A stretch of 64,000 bases of DNA from positions 19,234,567-19,298,566 of the forward strand of contig CM120649.1 in the NCBI GenBank assembly GCA_051362555.1. Direction: 5' to 3'. This DNA comes from Lingula anatina. Its lineage: Eukaryota; Animalia; Brachiopoda. A program made the position numbers and the translations under genes. Of this stretch, positions 26,594 to 40,594 are shown in pieces (the stretch's first letter is position 1; every line of letters begins with the position of its first letter). The notes beneath the pieces are model-generated. The model saw only the letters and a program-made list of their open reading frames with translations. It ran no database searches and had not been told where the DNA came from.

Positions 26594-29500
26594 AATTGAG
26601 GACAAAACTGTTTTGGTTTTTGAATGCCTTTCTGGGGGAGTCTTAATAAGAGATTCCTTGTACTCTGTCTGCTTCACATATTTTACTTGAAACATAAATT
26701 AAGAAGGTGTCAGTTTTATGTTTTATAGCCTAGGGTAATTAAATCATTCCAGGAATTCCTTTGTACATAAATTATAAAATGTTATCTTCGCAAATATAAC
26801 GTCTGGCGTTTACGTGTGTTGAAACAAGAAGACTTTTACAACAGATCTGAAGAGGGATTCTAAAATCAAAACAGCGCTACAGAAGATTAGTTGACATCTT
26901 ATAAAAAATCTGCGGTTAGAAGAGAAAAACGGAACCAGTGTTGACTATTTTATACAAATGTTACAAATGAATAAAACATATTGATTTGGACACCGAAACA
27001 TTGTTGGACAAAGCTAATTGATCTCTCTTTCTGTCACGATTTTTTGTTTAACTTAGCATAAGACGGAAAATAGTTTGCAAAAAATTACAAAAAATTACAA
27101 TCTTTCTATCGATAGATGATAAATGAATACTGTTTTCTGGGGTTAACTTTTTACGGGTCATGTAATATTGCTTACGGGAGAGAAGGTATCTAACTACGAG
27201 AGTCATAACCATATTTAAATTAAAGAAAAGTTTGGTGTTCGGTTTGACAGGCACTCCCTTCATTCAACTAAATTTATGTCAATTTATTTCTGTACTGCTG
27301 CAATCATTACTACCAAGTATAACTTCAATGAAATGTGAAGATAAAAGTTGTCTACAGTAATTGTAGTAGGGCCTAATTATTAATAACGCTCGAAGTTGTA
27401 ATGCAGAAAAAAAAGAATAAATAAGCATGATCTCATAATCTCGGAGTGAAATATCATGTGGGTTGGGGGCATATCTTATAGATAGCTTTATACTGAAGCG
27501 CGAATTTGAAAAATATCGGAAACAACGTACATTCGATTATTCTATTTGACTTATTTAATTTGAGCACATCGCATTAGTGTTCCAAAATTTTTTTTTTTTG
27601 TTATACTTTTTTATATAAACCTTATCTGTTCGGGACTTCAATAAAATGCTGAATAATAGACACCTGAACAAGCATTCATGCATATCAAAATACCAATTGG
27701 AATTATTTTTCATTTAAAATTGCATTGTTATTCAATTCTATTACCACGTTTTTGGTTACCGCCACAGTGCGCTTTGGTTTCAGTGGATTGACGGAAAAGG
27801 ATATATATTTCCACCAACAGGTCAAAACCGACACATGAAAATACCATAGAGCACAGCATGTTTTCCGAAGAATTAAAAATAATAAATTCCAACAACGATC
27901 AGATATTTTTCATGTTCTGTATTTCTAGACATTGAGGAACACATTAACATATTTTATTCTTCTTAACTTGATTGAGAAATTTACTAAAAGAGATGATTTC
28001 TGAAAAAAAAACACTGTAATCTCTTTTAACTTCTCTCAATTTCGTCGCTGGCAGGGAAAATGATATATGTTAAAAGTCTTCAAGACTAACTAAACTGCGG
28101 AAAAGAAAATAGCTACCACTTGATTTCTATCTGTTCACACAACACAGAAAAAACTTCTCTTACGCACGTAATTTCCCAACTGCGTTGTAGGCATCCATTT
28201 CACCTGCCCCTCCCCTTTTAATAGCTGAACTAGTCAGTTTTCCTCATCAACCGTTTAATCCCGCAGCAAGTTAATTGCAGAACTAGTGGGGGAGAGTTTG
28301 TTTGACTTTCCAAGACCGTTATTTTACTTGGCAAGACTAGAGCTCAAATTCCTATTACTGCATCCTGCCCGTTCCATTAAGAAGACACACTGCGTCCCTG
28401 TAACGTTCTCGTCAGGGCCAGGAAAATAATTTTTCTTGGACTAAATTCCGATTTTTTGTGGATTAAATATAAATGTATGACGCTGCGTGTGTTTTGAACA
28501 GGATAGCGTATGTTCAGTTCGTGGGTCGTTTCATAATGCATCTCTGGGGCCGGGGAAGAGAGCGCCATGGCCCCTGTGTGTGTTTATTTCGACTGGTGAG
28601 AATTCCACGTGTGCTGTCAACATCTCAGCTGGCAGGTGCTTTCAGGGGAAATTATTACGAGTGGTTTTGTTGTAACCACCCAGCTTACTTCGAGCAGCTC
28701 ACGCCGCCCGTTATTTCAATTTGGCCTGCACGTAATGGATTCGGCAGTAACCATCTTCACACGAGGGTCTACACGGCTGTCAGGTTGGCGGAGGCGAATA
28801 TTTCATCCACGTGGAAATTGCAAAACCAGAAACGGCGCGTACACTCGTGTCAGAGTCGTGTCAGTTTCCCTGAAATTTACAAACACCGCAGCATCTCGAC
28901 GAGGCCTCCTGCTGTTGGTTTGTTTTTTCAGCCCGTGAGATCTGCTTTAAGAAGGCTTCATCTCACACCTGATGCTCTAGTCAGTTTGATTTCCCCCCAA
29001 GTTCAGGTGCGAATTTGTTTAAAGGAATTTTGATCAAAGAATTTCAGTTAACGGTCACTCGGCTCAGCGGCAGAAGAAAGGACGTTATCAGGGCTTGTGA
29101 TGGGGCAGCGTCGCGTGGCGCGTGTAGACGAGTGATGTCACGTTTTTTTCAGCCCCGAAGAGTTTTCTATAACTCCTGTTTTTAAGTCAATTCTCGTTTT
29201 ATAGGCAGAAACGAAAGCAATCTCTTTGCCCGCTGAGAATGTGAATATAACTATTCTGCCAAATATTCCTGGTGAACAAAAAGATAAATGGCCAGTATTA
29301 GCACTGTGATCAGAAAATCTTCTAATCTATGCTGAGAAAAGATCTAATGAAACAAGATGATCGTGACATAACGATGCCGGAAATAATGTTAGTACCGGTA
29401 GCTAAAAGCAATTATTCACAATAACTGTGGAGAAATCTTACAGCATACACAGTCGAAATTAATACCACTGTAAATTACAAGCCGCATATCATTATTTTGA

Positions 29501-29889
29501 TTTTCGAAACAGAAACCGTTCTCGCCAAGGCATGGAAAGTGAGTGCAGTATAGACACGCCACTGATATTTTCCAGGAGTTTATTTTTTCAGTTTTTTTTC
29601 CTTGAAATCTGTGGATATGTTTGTCATTTAATTTGAACTATTTGCGTTTTTATGTAATTCATAAGAGCGTCTTCTACTAATTGAGTTTTTTTTTAATTTT
29701 TGCTGTATTCATTGCAACGTATACATCTTCATGGGTAAATGAGAATGTAAAAAAGAAAGTTTTTTATAAATAAATATGCTGTATTCAGTATCTTATTTTT
29801 ACTGCTATTTATTCATTTATTTATTTATTATATTTTTTCCTTCACAAATGGTTAGGCAACATAATACCAACTAGAGAAATGGTAATGCA

Positions 29890-30025
29890 CTAACTGTATT
29901 GTATCGTCATTAGTATATCATATTGTACAAGGTCATGACAATCTATGTACCAGTACAGAAATAAAGTGAATTGAATATAACAAACTTTCATCATATGTTG
30001 ACATTTTTTGTTTGTTTGTTTAAAC
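29890..30025 (+). terminator. Canonical polyadenylation signal region
   Basis: AATAAA at 29960-29965, preceded by several TGTA elements (about 29896, 29900, 29924, 29946) and an ATTT-repeat tract, and followed by the T/GT-rich TTTTTTGTTTGTTTGTT. Confidence 0.45.
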
Positions 30026-31476
30026 CTGTTGTGTAAACTTGACAGGAAAATGCAAAAAAAAAAAAAGAAAAGACCATACTTAGCCTTCGTTAATCTCCGA
30101 AGTCATCATGTACGTCAACAAAGACGGGATTTTCTCCCGGAAGTGGGGGCTTGGAGGGGTTTAGCAGTGCGGATTTGCACCACAATCCGTGTATTCATCT
30201 TTCTGTTGCCTTGTTGATGTTGCGCAGTAAGGCGGACTAATCTGTTGATACCTCAACGCTCTTTGCATCTCAGGAGCAGCGCAAAGAGGCTTACATTACA
30301 AACTCCCTCGAGGGGCCCCCTTAATTTCGTATAGTCAGCCCCGCGCACGGATATTTCAAATGACACGAGGAGCATCCATGTGTGATAGCCTACCTGGATG
30401 GATGGAGCCAGGAGTCTGGATGGTTAATGGGAGTGATTACCTTTTGGCGTCGATCAAATTTACGAAGAGATTCTCATTGAGATTGACAAGTGCCGGGTTT
30501 AACATAGTCCGCGTCTGTTTCATTAGTTCATTTCGTTTTCAAGACTTACTCAATTTTCGAAGATGTACAAACAAACAACTTCTGAAGTGAAGAGTTAAGG
30601 GATGAATGGACTAAGAGGAAATCGGAGAGAATTTTATTTAGTATTATTGAAAACAACCAATCAAATAAGATGAAGTATGTATTTAATTGACCTGAACTCA
30701 AACACTCTTGTTCGGTGCATAAACAAGTTCACATATTTTGAAATTCACAAACATTGTTTAATCTCACCAAGCCAATCTCACGTTAAAACCAAATATTAAA
30801 ACGCCTCTGCCAATCTTCCTAATTTGAATGTATCTTAAATTATGACTCGTTCATGAGGTAACGATAGATTCTTATCATTCTGCTAAAAAACTTGTAAATC
30901 ATTGATTGTTATAAACACATATGATATGTCCCTACCTTCAAGCCAAATAGAAAATAATTACACAACGTGTTGCTAAATGCCATGTTGCGATCAGTTATTA
31001 AAATGTCCAGGTTATGAAAGAATGGATTTATTTTATAGTAGGGAAATGTTTGGCACCCGGGTTCAATGGAGCCTATACAATACTGTTTACAGCGTAAATG
31101 CATAAGCATATATCTGGTCTTTCCTCTATTTATTTATATATTTTTTTAAAAGTAAATCCTATATAAACTCCTTTTGAATTTATTTAAATTTTTTTTATTC
31201 ATTTATTCGTTGTTTTATTTTAACATTCTTTTATAATAACATGCAATGTTTTGTCAAATAAAAAGCAATTATAATGGCATATATCTTTGTAGAGAAATAG
31301 GCACGTGGTTATCACAAAAACGATTAAACATCTATCAGAAAAATATTGATATCAGAGTTATCACTGCCTCATATGACACGAGATTTGTTATCTCAGACCC
31401 CCTCAAAGTTAACTTAAGTTGACCATTGCTGGCTGTCATCATGGATAACGTCACTCCTCTTTGAAGTGTGATGAAG

Positions 31477-31673
31477 TTAGATACAATTACAGTATATTTC
31501 ACACGTGCAATGCAGGTGAGTATGAGGGGCGTGGCTTCTGGGGGCGTGGCTTGCAGGGGCGTGGCAGACCTACCTTATTGCTCATCAACCACAGAACACC
31601 GGGAAGAGACAGTGCTATCTAGTCATTACTAATTGTGCGTTTTGAAGCGGTCGCTCGACTTAGATACAATTAC
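31477..31673. promoter_or_regulatory. Candidate distal enhancer: 3x GGGGCGTGGC bracketed by a 14-bp direct repeat
   Basis: GGGGCGTGGC at 31526, 31541 and 31556 (15-bp period). TTAGATACAATTAC at 31477-31490 and 31660-31673. Confidence 0.35.
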
Positions 31674-34600
31674 GATCAATGTGTCAGTTCTCTTTCTCAA
31701 GCGGCTGCAAACTTTATTGTGCCCATTTGTGTTTAGGGCGTGTCAAAGCTATCTGATGTCTCATCAGCTGTAGCGCACACGTAAGTCACCAAGGCATCTC
31801 ATCATATTCATTTATACCGATTTAGATAAATTGCAATCCAGCTGCTAGAACTTGAGTCATGTCTGTAAGTTAATAGGTATTAGTAATGTCTTTGACGTCA
31901 CTTATTGTGTGTTACGTCATTTTTATCGGGGTGAGACTATCTCGGTGGCCGGTATGACGTCACACCTGCATCAACCTGATATGCCACGTGGATTGTATTG
32001 GTGAATGATGAAGATGGTTGTACAGAAATACAACGTGTATTTCTTATAGAACAGAAATAAGCGACAAAGTCTGAGAAGATGATATAAACTAGATAAAGGC
32101 TGCGGTTGTGCTGTTTATCTATGTAAATTAATTGAGAAGCTATTTGGACAAAACCTAACATTTTCTGTAAATTTCAATCAAGAATATATTTTAGATGTCT
32201 CTCCCCTCCCTCAAACCTACGAAACTAACAAGTTATTTTGGATCCTAATCTCCAACAAATACACCGTGGTTGCTTTGATTTTTTTCCCAAACCGCAGTCC
32301 CCACTGGCTGTGTGTAATATGTAACACTATCAGGTGTAATAACCCCCTATGTCACATCACCTGATGTCCCTGTCCTCGGCCCGTGTGGTCTCTGATGTCG
32401 CACTGTCACCAAGAGCCGGGACAAGCCATCCGTCAATGTCGTGATGAGACGAGAGTGGATCACGACACTCCGAGGCACGGCAGTTGGGTACTGACCTCCC
32501 TGCGGTAGAACGGTGGACCCCACTTTAAAAAAATTGGAGATTTTGGGAAAAACTGAAAGATGTCCCCACATAAACTTGTTGATGTAACTATATATTGGTT
32601 GATCGCCCGTGGCAGTTACATGTGCATATTTACGATTCGTCGAAATTAAATGAATACAACTATATTGTTTAAAGAAATTTTGATATTTAGCCTTGTGTTG
32701 ATAATATTTCAATTTTTATTCAAAATACTTATTCATTTGCAACAAATATTGTAAGTAACAGAAATATTTTGAATTAATCCTTTATTACATGTCTTATCTT
32801 TTCTGTTTTCACTATAGCTTGCCTTGGACTTTACACTGTAAATCTCTTTCCTAAGCCAAAAAAAGTAAATGCGTTTCTTTTAACTTTTCCCAGTTATCAT
32901 TTGGCTTGAGCATAATCCTCTCTTAGAGCTCTGAGAGTGCGTCGCAAACAAGTGCGCGCAGATAAAAAGCTATTTATCACTCGAACCCCAAATCCGATTT
33001 CGTATTCAATTCGTATTAAAAGCCAGAATCCTAATCAGCAGCCTTGTTTATAACATCGTTCTTAAGTGACACAGAGGTTCGGCTAGAAGGGGGAAAGGAC
33101 AGAGAAAAAATGAGTAATCTTCCCGATACTTGGTTACAATAGAAAAAAAAGCTCTCAATGACTCGATTGTGCTTCCACTGACTGTCAAGACCTTTATTGA
33201 TGACGCTGGGTTTGTAATAAAACCCGAGGCCTTTATAATAAACTACATATAGAGTGGGGGAAGAAATGACAACATTTAATGAGGTAAAGAGTCCAGACAT
33301 GATTTCTTTTTGGTACACGTTGTATATTTTGGGGGGAGGTGTAAGGTGGGGCGAGTTGGACGTGTTTTACTATGTGGACAAGGACAATTGCTGTCTTTGA
33401 GATCTTGTCATATTTTAGACAAGGTAGAACATTATGTTTTCATCAATAAGTTGAATCGCCTGATCAGGCAATGTTCATGTTTTATAATTTTGTTTTACTC
33501 ATGATTTGTCAGTCAGATAAAACTTCTCTAGCGTAGAACACTTCAAAACAATTTACGCCACCAAAGGCAATGCATTTATGCGAAAAAGAAGAAATTCAAG
33601 ACACATAAAAAAACATACACACGGGCACATTTAAGCGCGCACTTGTAAAATCATTACTGAAATTCTTGAAATTATGACTGTTCATGTACAATAGGATAGC
33701 GGTATGCTGTGGTTACCATCCTCTCCCCTGTCTGTTATCTTCAGTCTGCTCTGTTCAGCGCAATCGAAATAATGGGCCTGGAGTTTTCTGACCCGTGTCT
33801 TAAATAAGATGCCTAAGACCTATAGAATGATTGCTTCTTAAAAGTGATAAATTTCTTGTAAAAATTTAATGGTGTCCCGTTGAAGTTTGTTAAGACTTGG
33901 CTTCGGGGAGAATAGACAGGCAAATTAAGTGTCTATTTTAAATGATCTGAAAGGGTGAACGTACGTGCCCCCGAATAATGGCAATCTACAGAATTCGATG
34001 GCAAGCCGATAGTGTCAGTTTGCTTTATTGCATTTATTGCATAGAAGGCCTTCCGTGTGGGCAACAAGCAAAACCTGACGGTACAACTTAAAAACGTTTT
34101 TTTTTAATCTGATCCAATCTAATTATTTATTTTGATTATTTTATAAAACTCGTTTTGTTGTTTAGATGACAGCAAGGGCTGAGTTTTTATTATGAGAAAA
34201 AAATTAGATTTAAAAATGATTTGAGGTTTTTTACTTCCATTGAATGTGGAATGCCTACTACAACATTAGTAACAAGCATATGTATACAAGCTGACACTAA
34301 ACTACAATATGTAACACCAAATCTCTACAATATAACCATATAAAGGAGATAAGTTATCGCATTTAACTCATTGCAAATGAAGTGTCGAGTTTACAAATGC
34401 TATAAAAACGTTTCATGCACTTTACACATCTACAAATACCAGTAGTAGACACAATTTAAGTTTTGTGTAACTCCTTGTCGTTTTCAGTCATTTAGTTTTC
34501 GCTAAAGAAATAAGTCCCATAAAATTTTTCCTTGATAATTTAAATAATACAAACCATGAGCAAAGTGCTAAAAATTCAAATGATGAAATGGCAACTGAAT

Positions 34601-34808
34601 GACTTCTCTTTTATGTCAATTTTCTTTTAATAATTATATATATATCCCTGATTTTTTGCGACGAGTGCACGTTATAGTAAGGTGTTCTAAATATTTTGAT
34701 ATCTCCTTTTATACCAGCTATAAAACTTGCGTGTTAATTCATTTTTGTTTGTTTACTTGCTCATTTGCTCGTTTATGCATGTTTTAGTCTCTATAACTGC
34801 CTACCTCC

Positions 34809-34843
<35 letters not shown>

Positions 34844-34846
34844 TTT
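34809..34846. repeat. (ATTT)n microsatellite
   Basis: Direct reading. Confidence 0.9.
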
Positions 34847-35335
34847 CAATATTTTTATCTTGTATTTTAAAACTCGTCTTAAAAGGCTAAATAATATTCA
34901 TGAGCTATGTTTGAACCTTAAACAGATGCAGACGTTGCTACAACTGGAAAAAAAAGCACACACGTGAGCGTGCGCACACGCAGGCACGTGCACGTTAAAA
35001 CAAACAGAACAACCTATTCACACGCCTACGCAGAAAAAAAAACTGACTTGGAAACAAACCGCAGCCTTGAGACTCCATACAAACTCTGGATGAGGAGAAA
35101 AAAAAAAGCTCATTAAACTCGTGAATGTCATTGAAATATTAAGTCACAATCTGACTGATAGACACCTACCATATGCAGAGTGTACTGTTTGTTGTGAAGG
35201 ATGTAAGCGGTGACGAGGGACGAAGTATCTGGGGCAAGCAGTGCAGAGGAAAGAGTACTGATAAAGGAGAGAAAAGAGCACACAAAAATTAATGGAAACA
35301 CTGATAAATCAAGATAATTTACCAAAAACAGGGAA

Positions 35336-35347
35336 TACTACTACTAC

Positions 35348-35407
<60 letters not shown>

Positions 35408-35420
35408 TGATGATGATGAT
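35336..35420. repeat. Compound (TAC)n(TAA)n(TGA)n microsatellite
   Basis: Direct reading. Confidence 0.95.
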
Positions 35421-38178
35421 GTGTAGACAAGTTAAGGGAAGGAAATTAATCATATCTTTTAACTATAGGACTTATATTGGCGTCATCGAGACTGTTTTCT
35501 TAAGATGATTTAAGATATTCTAAATTTAAATGAACAGTTAACTGGTATAAATATACAGATTTGTCGAGTTGAATTTGTCTTTAAATGATAAACGCGTACC
35601 TGAAAATTCAGGTGAAAATATCGTGACTTCAAATTTCAACCTTCGTTTTTCTTTTTACCAAAGCCAAATCATGTGTAATGTTCCTCCGGGATGTATGTTA
35701 TCTCACTAGTATGACTGAGTGTTAGTTGGAAGGTATTGGGTTTTATCTTACATCCTACTATGATAACCATATGAGTAATATGATAATTATGAATCATACA
35801 AGCACTTGTACTGCCAAGGTTTAAAATATCGCTTCCTTGCTTAATTGACTGGTTTTTCTTTGATATCCAGTAAGTTTCTTAATTGGAGCGAGGCATGTTC
35901 CCCCCTGTCAATTAGATAGAACGATTAAATGTGCGTTTGACAAGGAACCAGTCTAAAGGAACATGTGCCTGAACACTACGCTGGAACTACGTCGATTTTT
36001 GTTCTTGGAAAGAGTTGGGGTAACCTGAAAATTTAGTTTGAAAATATACAAATATATGACACTATGCCTGCAGCCATCATATTTTCCATTGTATTGCCAT
36101 GTGTACCCCAATTCTCACTCCCAATGTGTAACGGTATATTTACTTTTACAAAATCTGATAATAAAATACACGGGGCAAGTGGACTAATTTAGAATATGTT
36201 GCTGGGTGTTAAGTCGTGTCTAAGAATTATTTTTAAATTCTTGGCATTTTTTTTTTTCGAACACCGAAGGTAGTGAAGAGGGTTATTGCAATCTGTCAAA
36301 TTATTCGAAGACAACTTCTTAATTAGTCAGGTCAAGTGTCAGCTAATGTCACACCGGCCAGACCATCATTTATCGCCAATTGTTTTCTCATTGTCTCATG
36401 GGTATTTGTATTAGGATTCTAACTTACGATAAAATTATAATTATCAAAGACAATATTTCGCGGTGAAATGCATTTTTACAAAATTTTTAGAACTTCCATA
36501 GCGTAAATGGCGTAAATATTTTCTATACACCCCACCCCCCCCCCCCGAAAAAGAAAAGAATCAATAGCAACGAAGGCTGTCGATATGTTAAACAATGACC
36601 CTTTCTGTATTATAAAGGTCAAACAATGCAGCTTTTTACTCTAATTTTCAAGGTGTCTATTTTCTTTCTCACCGCTATAAGTACACAGTGAATGAGCAGA
36701 CCGTTTCATTCTGGACAGTCAATAAAGTGATTTATGTTTCAAAGGTCTAACGGCTTTAATAACACCATAGTGGGCTGCTCACCTGGTCACCGCGGATGAA
36801 TAATGACCCGCCAAAATGAGTCCAGATCAAAGGGCGCCGACAAGTCAGGTGTATCACAACTGACCAACGCTTGTAAACAATGATGACAACACAGAATGCG
36901 GCCTTGTTATCTGACGTAGACACGCTTGTTCGCTTTAATCCGAAATCGACACATTTGTTCATTTCAGAAATCTATTAAGTGGCGGGTGTCCACTTTGAAA
37001 AATGGACTCCGTGTTGGCCTGGCCGTGTATGGGGCCTTTCTGTGCAGTAGCAGATGTTAGTTGGACACGGTTTGTAGCGTCAGATGCGTCTATTAAAACC
37101 ACTTAAGCAACGTTGTTTAATGCGATATTCCACAATTAAATATATGGGTGTCGCGTGCCTTTTCAATCCGGAACAGCTCGCCAGCTTTATCGTACCATGC
37201 AGGCTCTAATTATCTTTTTCAAATTTCGAAACCCGCGGTTTCCAAGACACGCAAGCTATAATGGGCGTCTTATCAAAAGTTAGGCAACAATATCCCTTGT
37301 AAGTGTAAAATTATAAATATGCGAGTGTTATCGAGAATGATATTACATTCTCGGTTTTATTTTGTTTCATCGCACCATTCAGAATCATATTTATTGAAAC
37401 CGAAGAACGTAGTCAGGTGATACTAATAGTTCTATTTGCCGTGCGGTGCCCGTATGCTGTCCATGTTTACCTATCTGAGCGGCGTCTCTTCGAACGAAAA
37501 CGTAACCTTGAAGGCCTCTAGGATTTGGTCAAACAGAAACATTTGACAAATTTGAAAATCCTTAGTTGTAGCGGATTTCAATGCATATATCTGATATACA
37601 TTGTAGTTTCCTTACCGGCATTGTTCGATGGACTTGTGGCAATCGTGATGATGAGTGAGCCTTTTGTAACTCTTCTGTTTGGTCTCTCTCCCTACCTCCT
37701 TGCAATGTTTAAGGAGGCATAGCAACAGTGAAGATGTTCAAAATTCAGTTAAATTCACATGTATAAATTTTCAATTGTGTGTCACTTTATTTAGACCACA
37801 TGGTTGCTGATGAAATCATCCGGGGCTGCACCGGCAACTTATCGGTCTTCACGGCAGCTGTGAGAAGACAGTGTGGCCACGCACTGAGACTAAAGGGATC
37901 CCGTATTGTCAATTTACAAGCGTCAAACTGATTTTTCCCGACCTGACCTCAAAGCCATGTGGAAAAAATATCACGACACCCGCATAAATACAAACATATA
38001 CGTCTTAGCCCACCGACACTTATGATGTCAAAAAACCGCACGGAAAGTCGTATTCGGTTTCATCCTACGGCGCCCATGGCATATGTAACCTAGGCTTTAG
38101 TTATAAAAGTTCTAAAGAATAGTGTCGCCCCCACCTAATTCACGCACGGATAAAATGTTTGGAGCATATTCAAAAAAA

Positions 38179-38210
38179 TACCATACCACACCATACCATA
38201 CCATACCACA
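38179..38210. repeat. (TACCA)n pentanucleotide repeat
   Basis: Direct reading; imperfect. Confidence 0.85.
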
Positions 38211-38275
38211 TTGCCATAGCAGTAAATAATGTAATTAACCAGTAGTCAGTTTTGCATTTTAAAAGACCAAAAAGA

Positions 38276-38420
38276 TTTTTGCCTACGCCACAAATGTTAG
38301 ATTTCTGTTAATTTTTCGCGATGATCAATTTAAAATATTACCAAAACAATTTTATTAATTAATAATAACGAGAATTAAGTCACCTTGGCGGAGGTCTGCA
38401 CTCTCTGAGTGCCTTTCCTG
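38276..38420 (+). mobile_element. Degenerate Helentron-associated (HINE/DINE-1-like) element, 3' end recognisable
   Basis: CCTTGGCGGAGG (38383-38394) followed by the stem-loop GCACTC-TCT-GAGTGC (38398-38412). A possible decayed 5' subterminal repeat is TTTTTGCCTACGCCA at about 38276-38290. Confidence 0.45.
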
Positions 38421-39196
38421 TGACTCTTATTTTGCCAATTGGACAATGATATCAACCTTTTAATAAAAACAGTGCTTAAGAAAGTCTGTTCTGACTGGAA
38501 CTTTTACACTCAGTGCACCTAGAACCCCGCATTCCACCGAGTGACGCTTGCAGGAGGTCTGGCACGGCGTCCAAACCGTTCCCTACTTGGCTACAGCCGA
38601 GATCAAAGCGTCTCTCGGGGAGGACAAGGGGGCCGAACTGCCCTGGTCAACGGTCTCATAGAAGGTCCCTTTAAATTTCAATATCAATACCCATCGACCT
38701 GGTCCCTAAGTGTATCCACATCTATCAAAATTACCCAGACCAGTTTCACGTGTCAATTACGGAAGGACAATTCAGCGGTGTGGACAGGGTCACGTGACCC
38801 CGGGTCAAAGGTCGGCCAAAGTTATCAAAACGCCATTTGTTTTCCCAGCAGTCCGACTAAATGGCCGTGAGGGGTGCTTGGTTATTTCTTCTTTTCTTTT
38901 TAAATTTTTTGTACTACTTTGTTTTGTTTGTGTTTCTTCTGGTGATATTTTGTTTCTTACTGACTTAATTGGTAAGACAGAGTTTCTTTTCTTCGCCAAC
39001 TTTTACTAAGGACTACCCGTCCGTCGCACTGGCCACTGGTGATGACAAAAAGTCGTATTTTGTATTCATGTCTGAAGATATTTTTTCTTAAAATAAAACC
39101 TTTTTTACGAACCAGCTGTCGTATCCAATTTGCTCATTATTATATATTGATATAAACATTTCTAATGCAAGAGAGGGAAGGGAAGGTGTAACAGGA

Positions 39197-39199
<3 letters not shown>

Positions 39200-39280
<81 letters not shown>
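39200..39280. repeat. Compound (TG)n(AG)n microsatellite
   Basis: Direct reading. Confidence 0.95.
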
Positions 39281-40546
39281 GGGGGAGGGAGAACATGTAC
39301 TTAAAAAAGAACAAGTGTGCTCCGTTCTACTTCGTTGTGTACTGGAAAGCACTGCAATGGAACAACAATAAAAAGGATTAAGTTTGACATCAGTACTTGG
39401 CATATCCTAGTGTATATAGCGAGTTGGGAGTGTACTAATCACACTCACAATTTATTCCGGACTATCAGATTAAGTCTTTTTTGTGCATCTAATTAGCGTA
39501 TTTATCAGCTATTCATTGACATTTCCGGGATAACAAGGTTCTAATTCTTTCATCCCTTATGATCAAGTTTTTCTAAGGGTGCCTGTTTGCAGTGCTGTAA
39601 ATCAGAATGTTTCACTTGTTGCGGTTGACATGTAAGGCCCTCAACACGTGGATTTATCTCAGTGAAAAAGCTTAATTCGCGCACCTCTCCGGTTTAATTG
39701 GCTCTATCGTTTCAGACAGATGTTTCGACTATCAAAATTCAATATCCCAATTCTTAATGAAGCACCTCTCGCATTATCTAATTTATAGCTTAAAAAAGAG
39801 TATTCTACCACAACTGCAATAATGAATAAATAAATTGTGAAAATCAAAGTTCTAACTACTTCAAGAAATTGTGAAAAATCCAAGTTTTTCTTTTAATAGG
39901 AAAGTATAAAAGCGTGTTCTTTGTTGCCAGGGGGCATGTTAATCCAGACAGATTTGTGTGATTACAGGTAATCGCGTAGAAAATCATTTCAAATCGTAGC
40001 ACTAAAGGTACACTAGACGTTCGATAACAAATTAAAAAGCTTGACCGTTCTTTTGTCTTTTAAAAAAAGAAGTATAGCGGAAAGGAAACTACTAGTACAG
40101 CCCTGCCTTCATCGCAAATCTACACCTTTCACTTTTTAATGAGCTGAAGATATTTTCAACACAACAACAAAGTCCCCGAGTTCCAAAAGTGGAACATAAC
40201 GATAAATTAGTCGCTTTTCCCGCTCACTTCTGCTGTTTGCTTAGAAAGGTGAACTACTATACGACCCAGAAAATGTCAAGTCAAATTATCCATTTTTGAC
40301 AGATTCTTCCGGTGCGAGTTGTTCGATGGGTTACACCTGCGTGGAAGGAGTGTACGCATTGACCTCATTATCAACCGGCTGTTAAAGTTAGGGGCGTGGC
40401 CAAGGTTGACCCCGGGGCGGTGGGGAGGGTGAGGGGAGGGTGGAATTGACGAGAGGGTCAACTCCGCACGAGCCACGTGGGCACCCCTGGAGACGCACGC
40501 AGTGCAGACCAACTGCATTTTTGTAATATTTTTTCCTTGTTTTGTG

Positions 40547-40551
<5 letters not shown>

Positions 40552-40592
<41 letters not shown>
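40552..40592. repeat. Poly-T tract (41 nt)
   Basis: Direct reading. Confidence 0.95.

Positions 40593-40594
<2 letters not shown>

Noticed and set aside
28473-29033. 186-aa plus-strand ORF
   Set aside because: No recognisable family and a composition unlike a real protein; cannot be supported without expression or conservation data.
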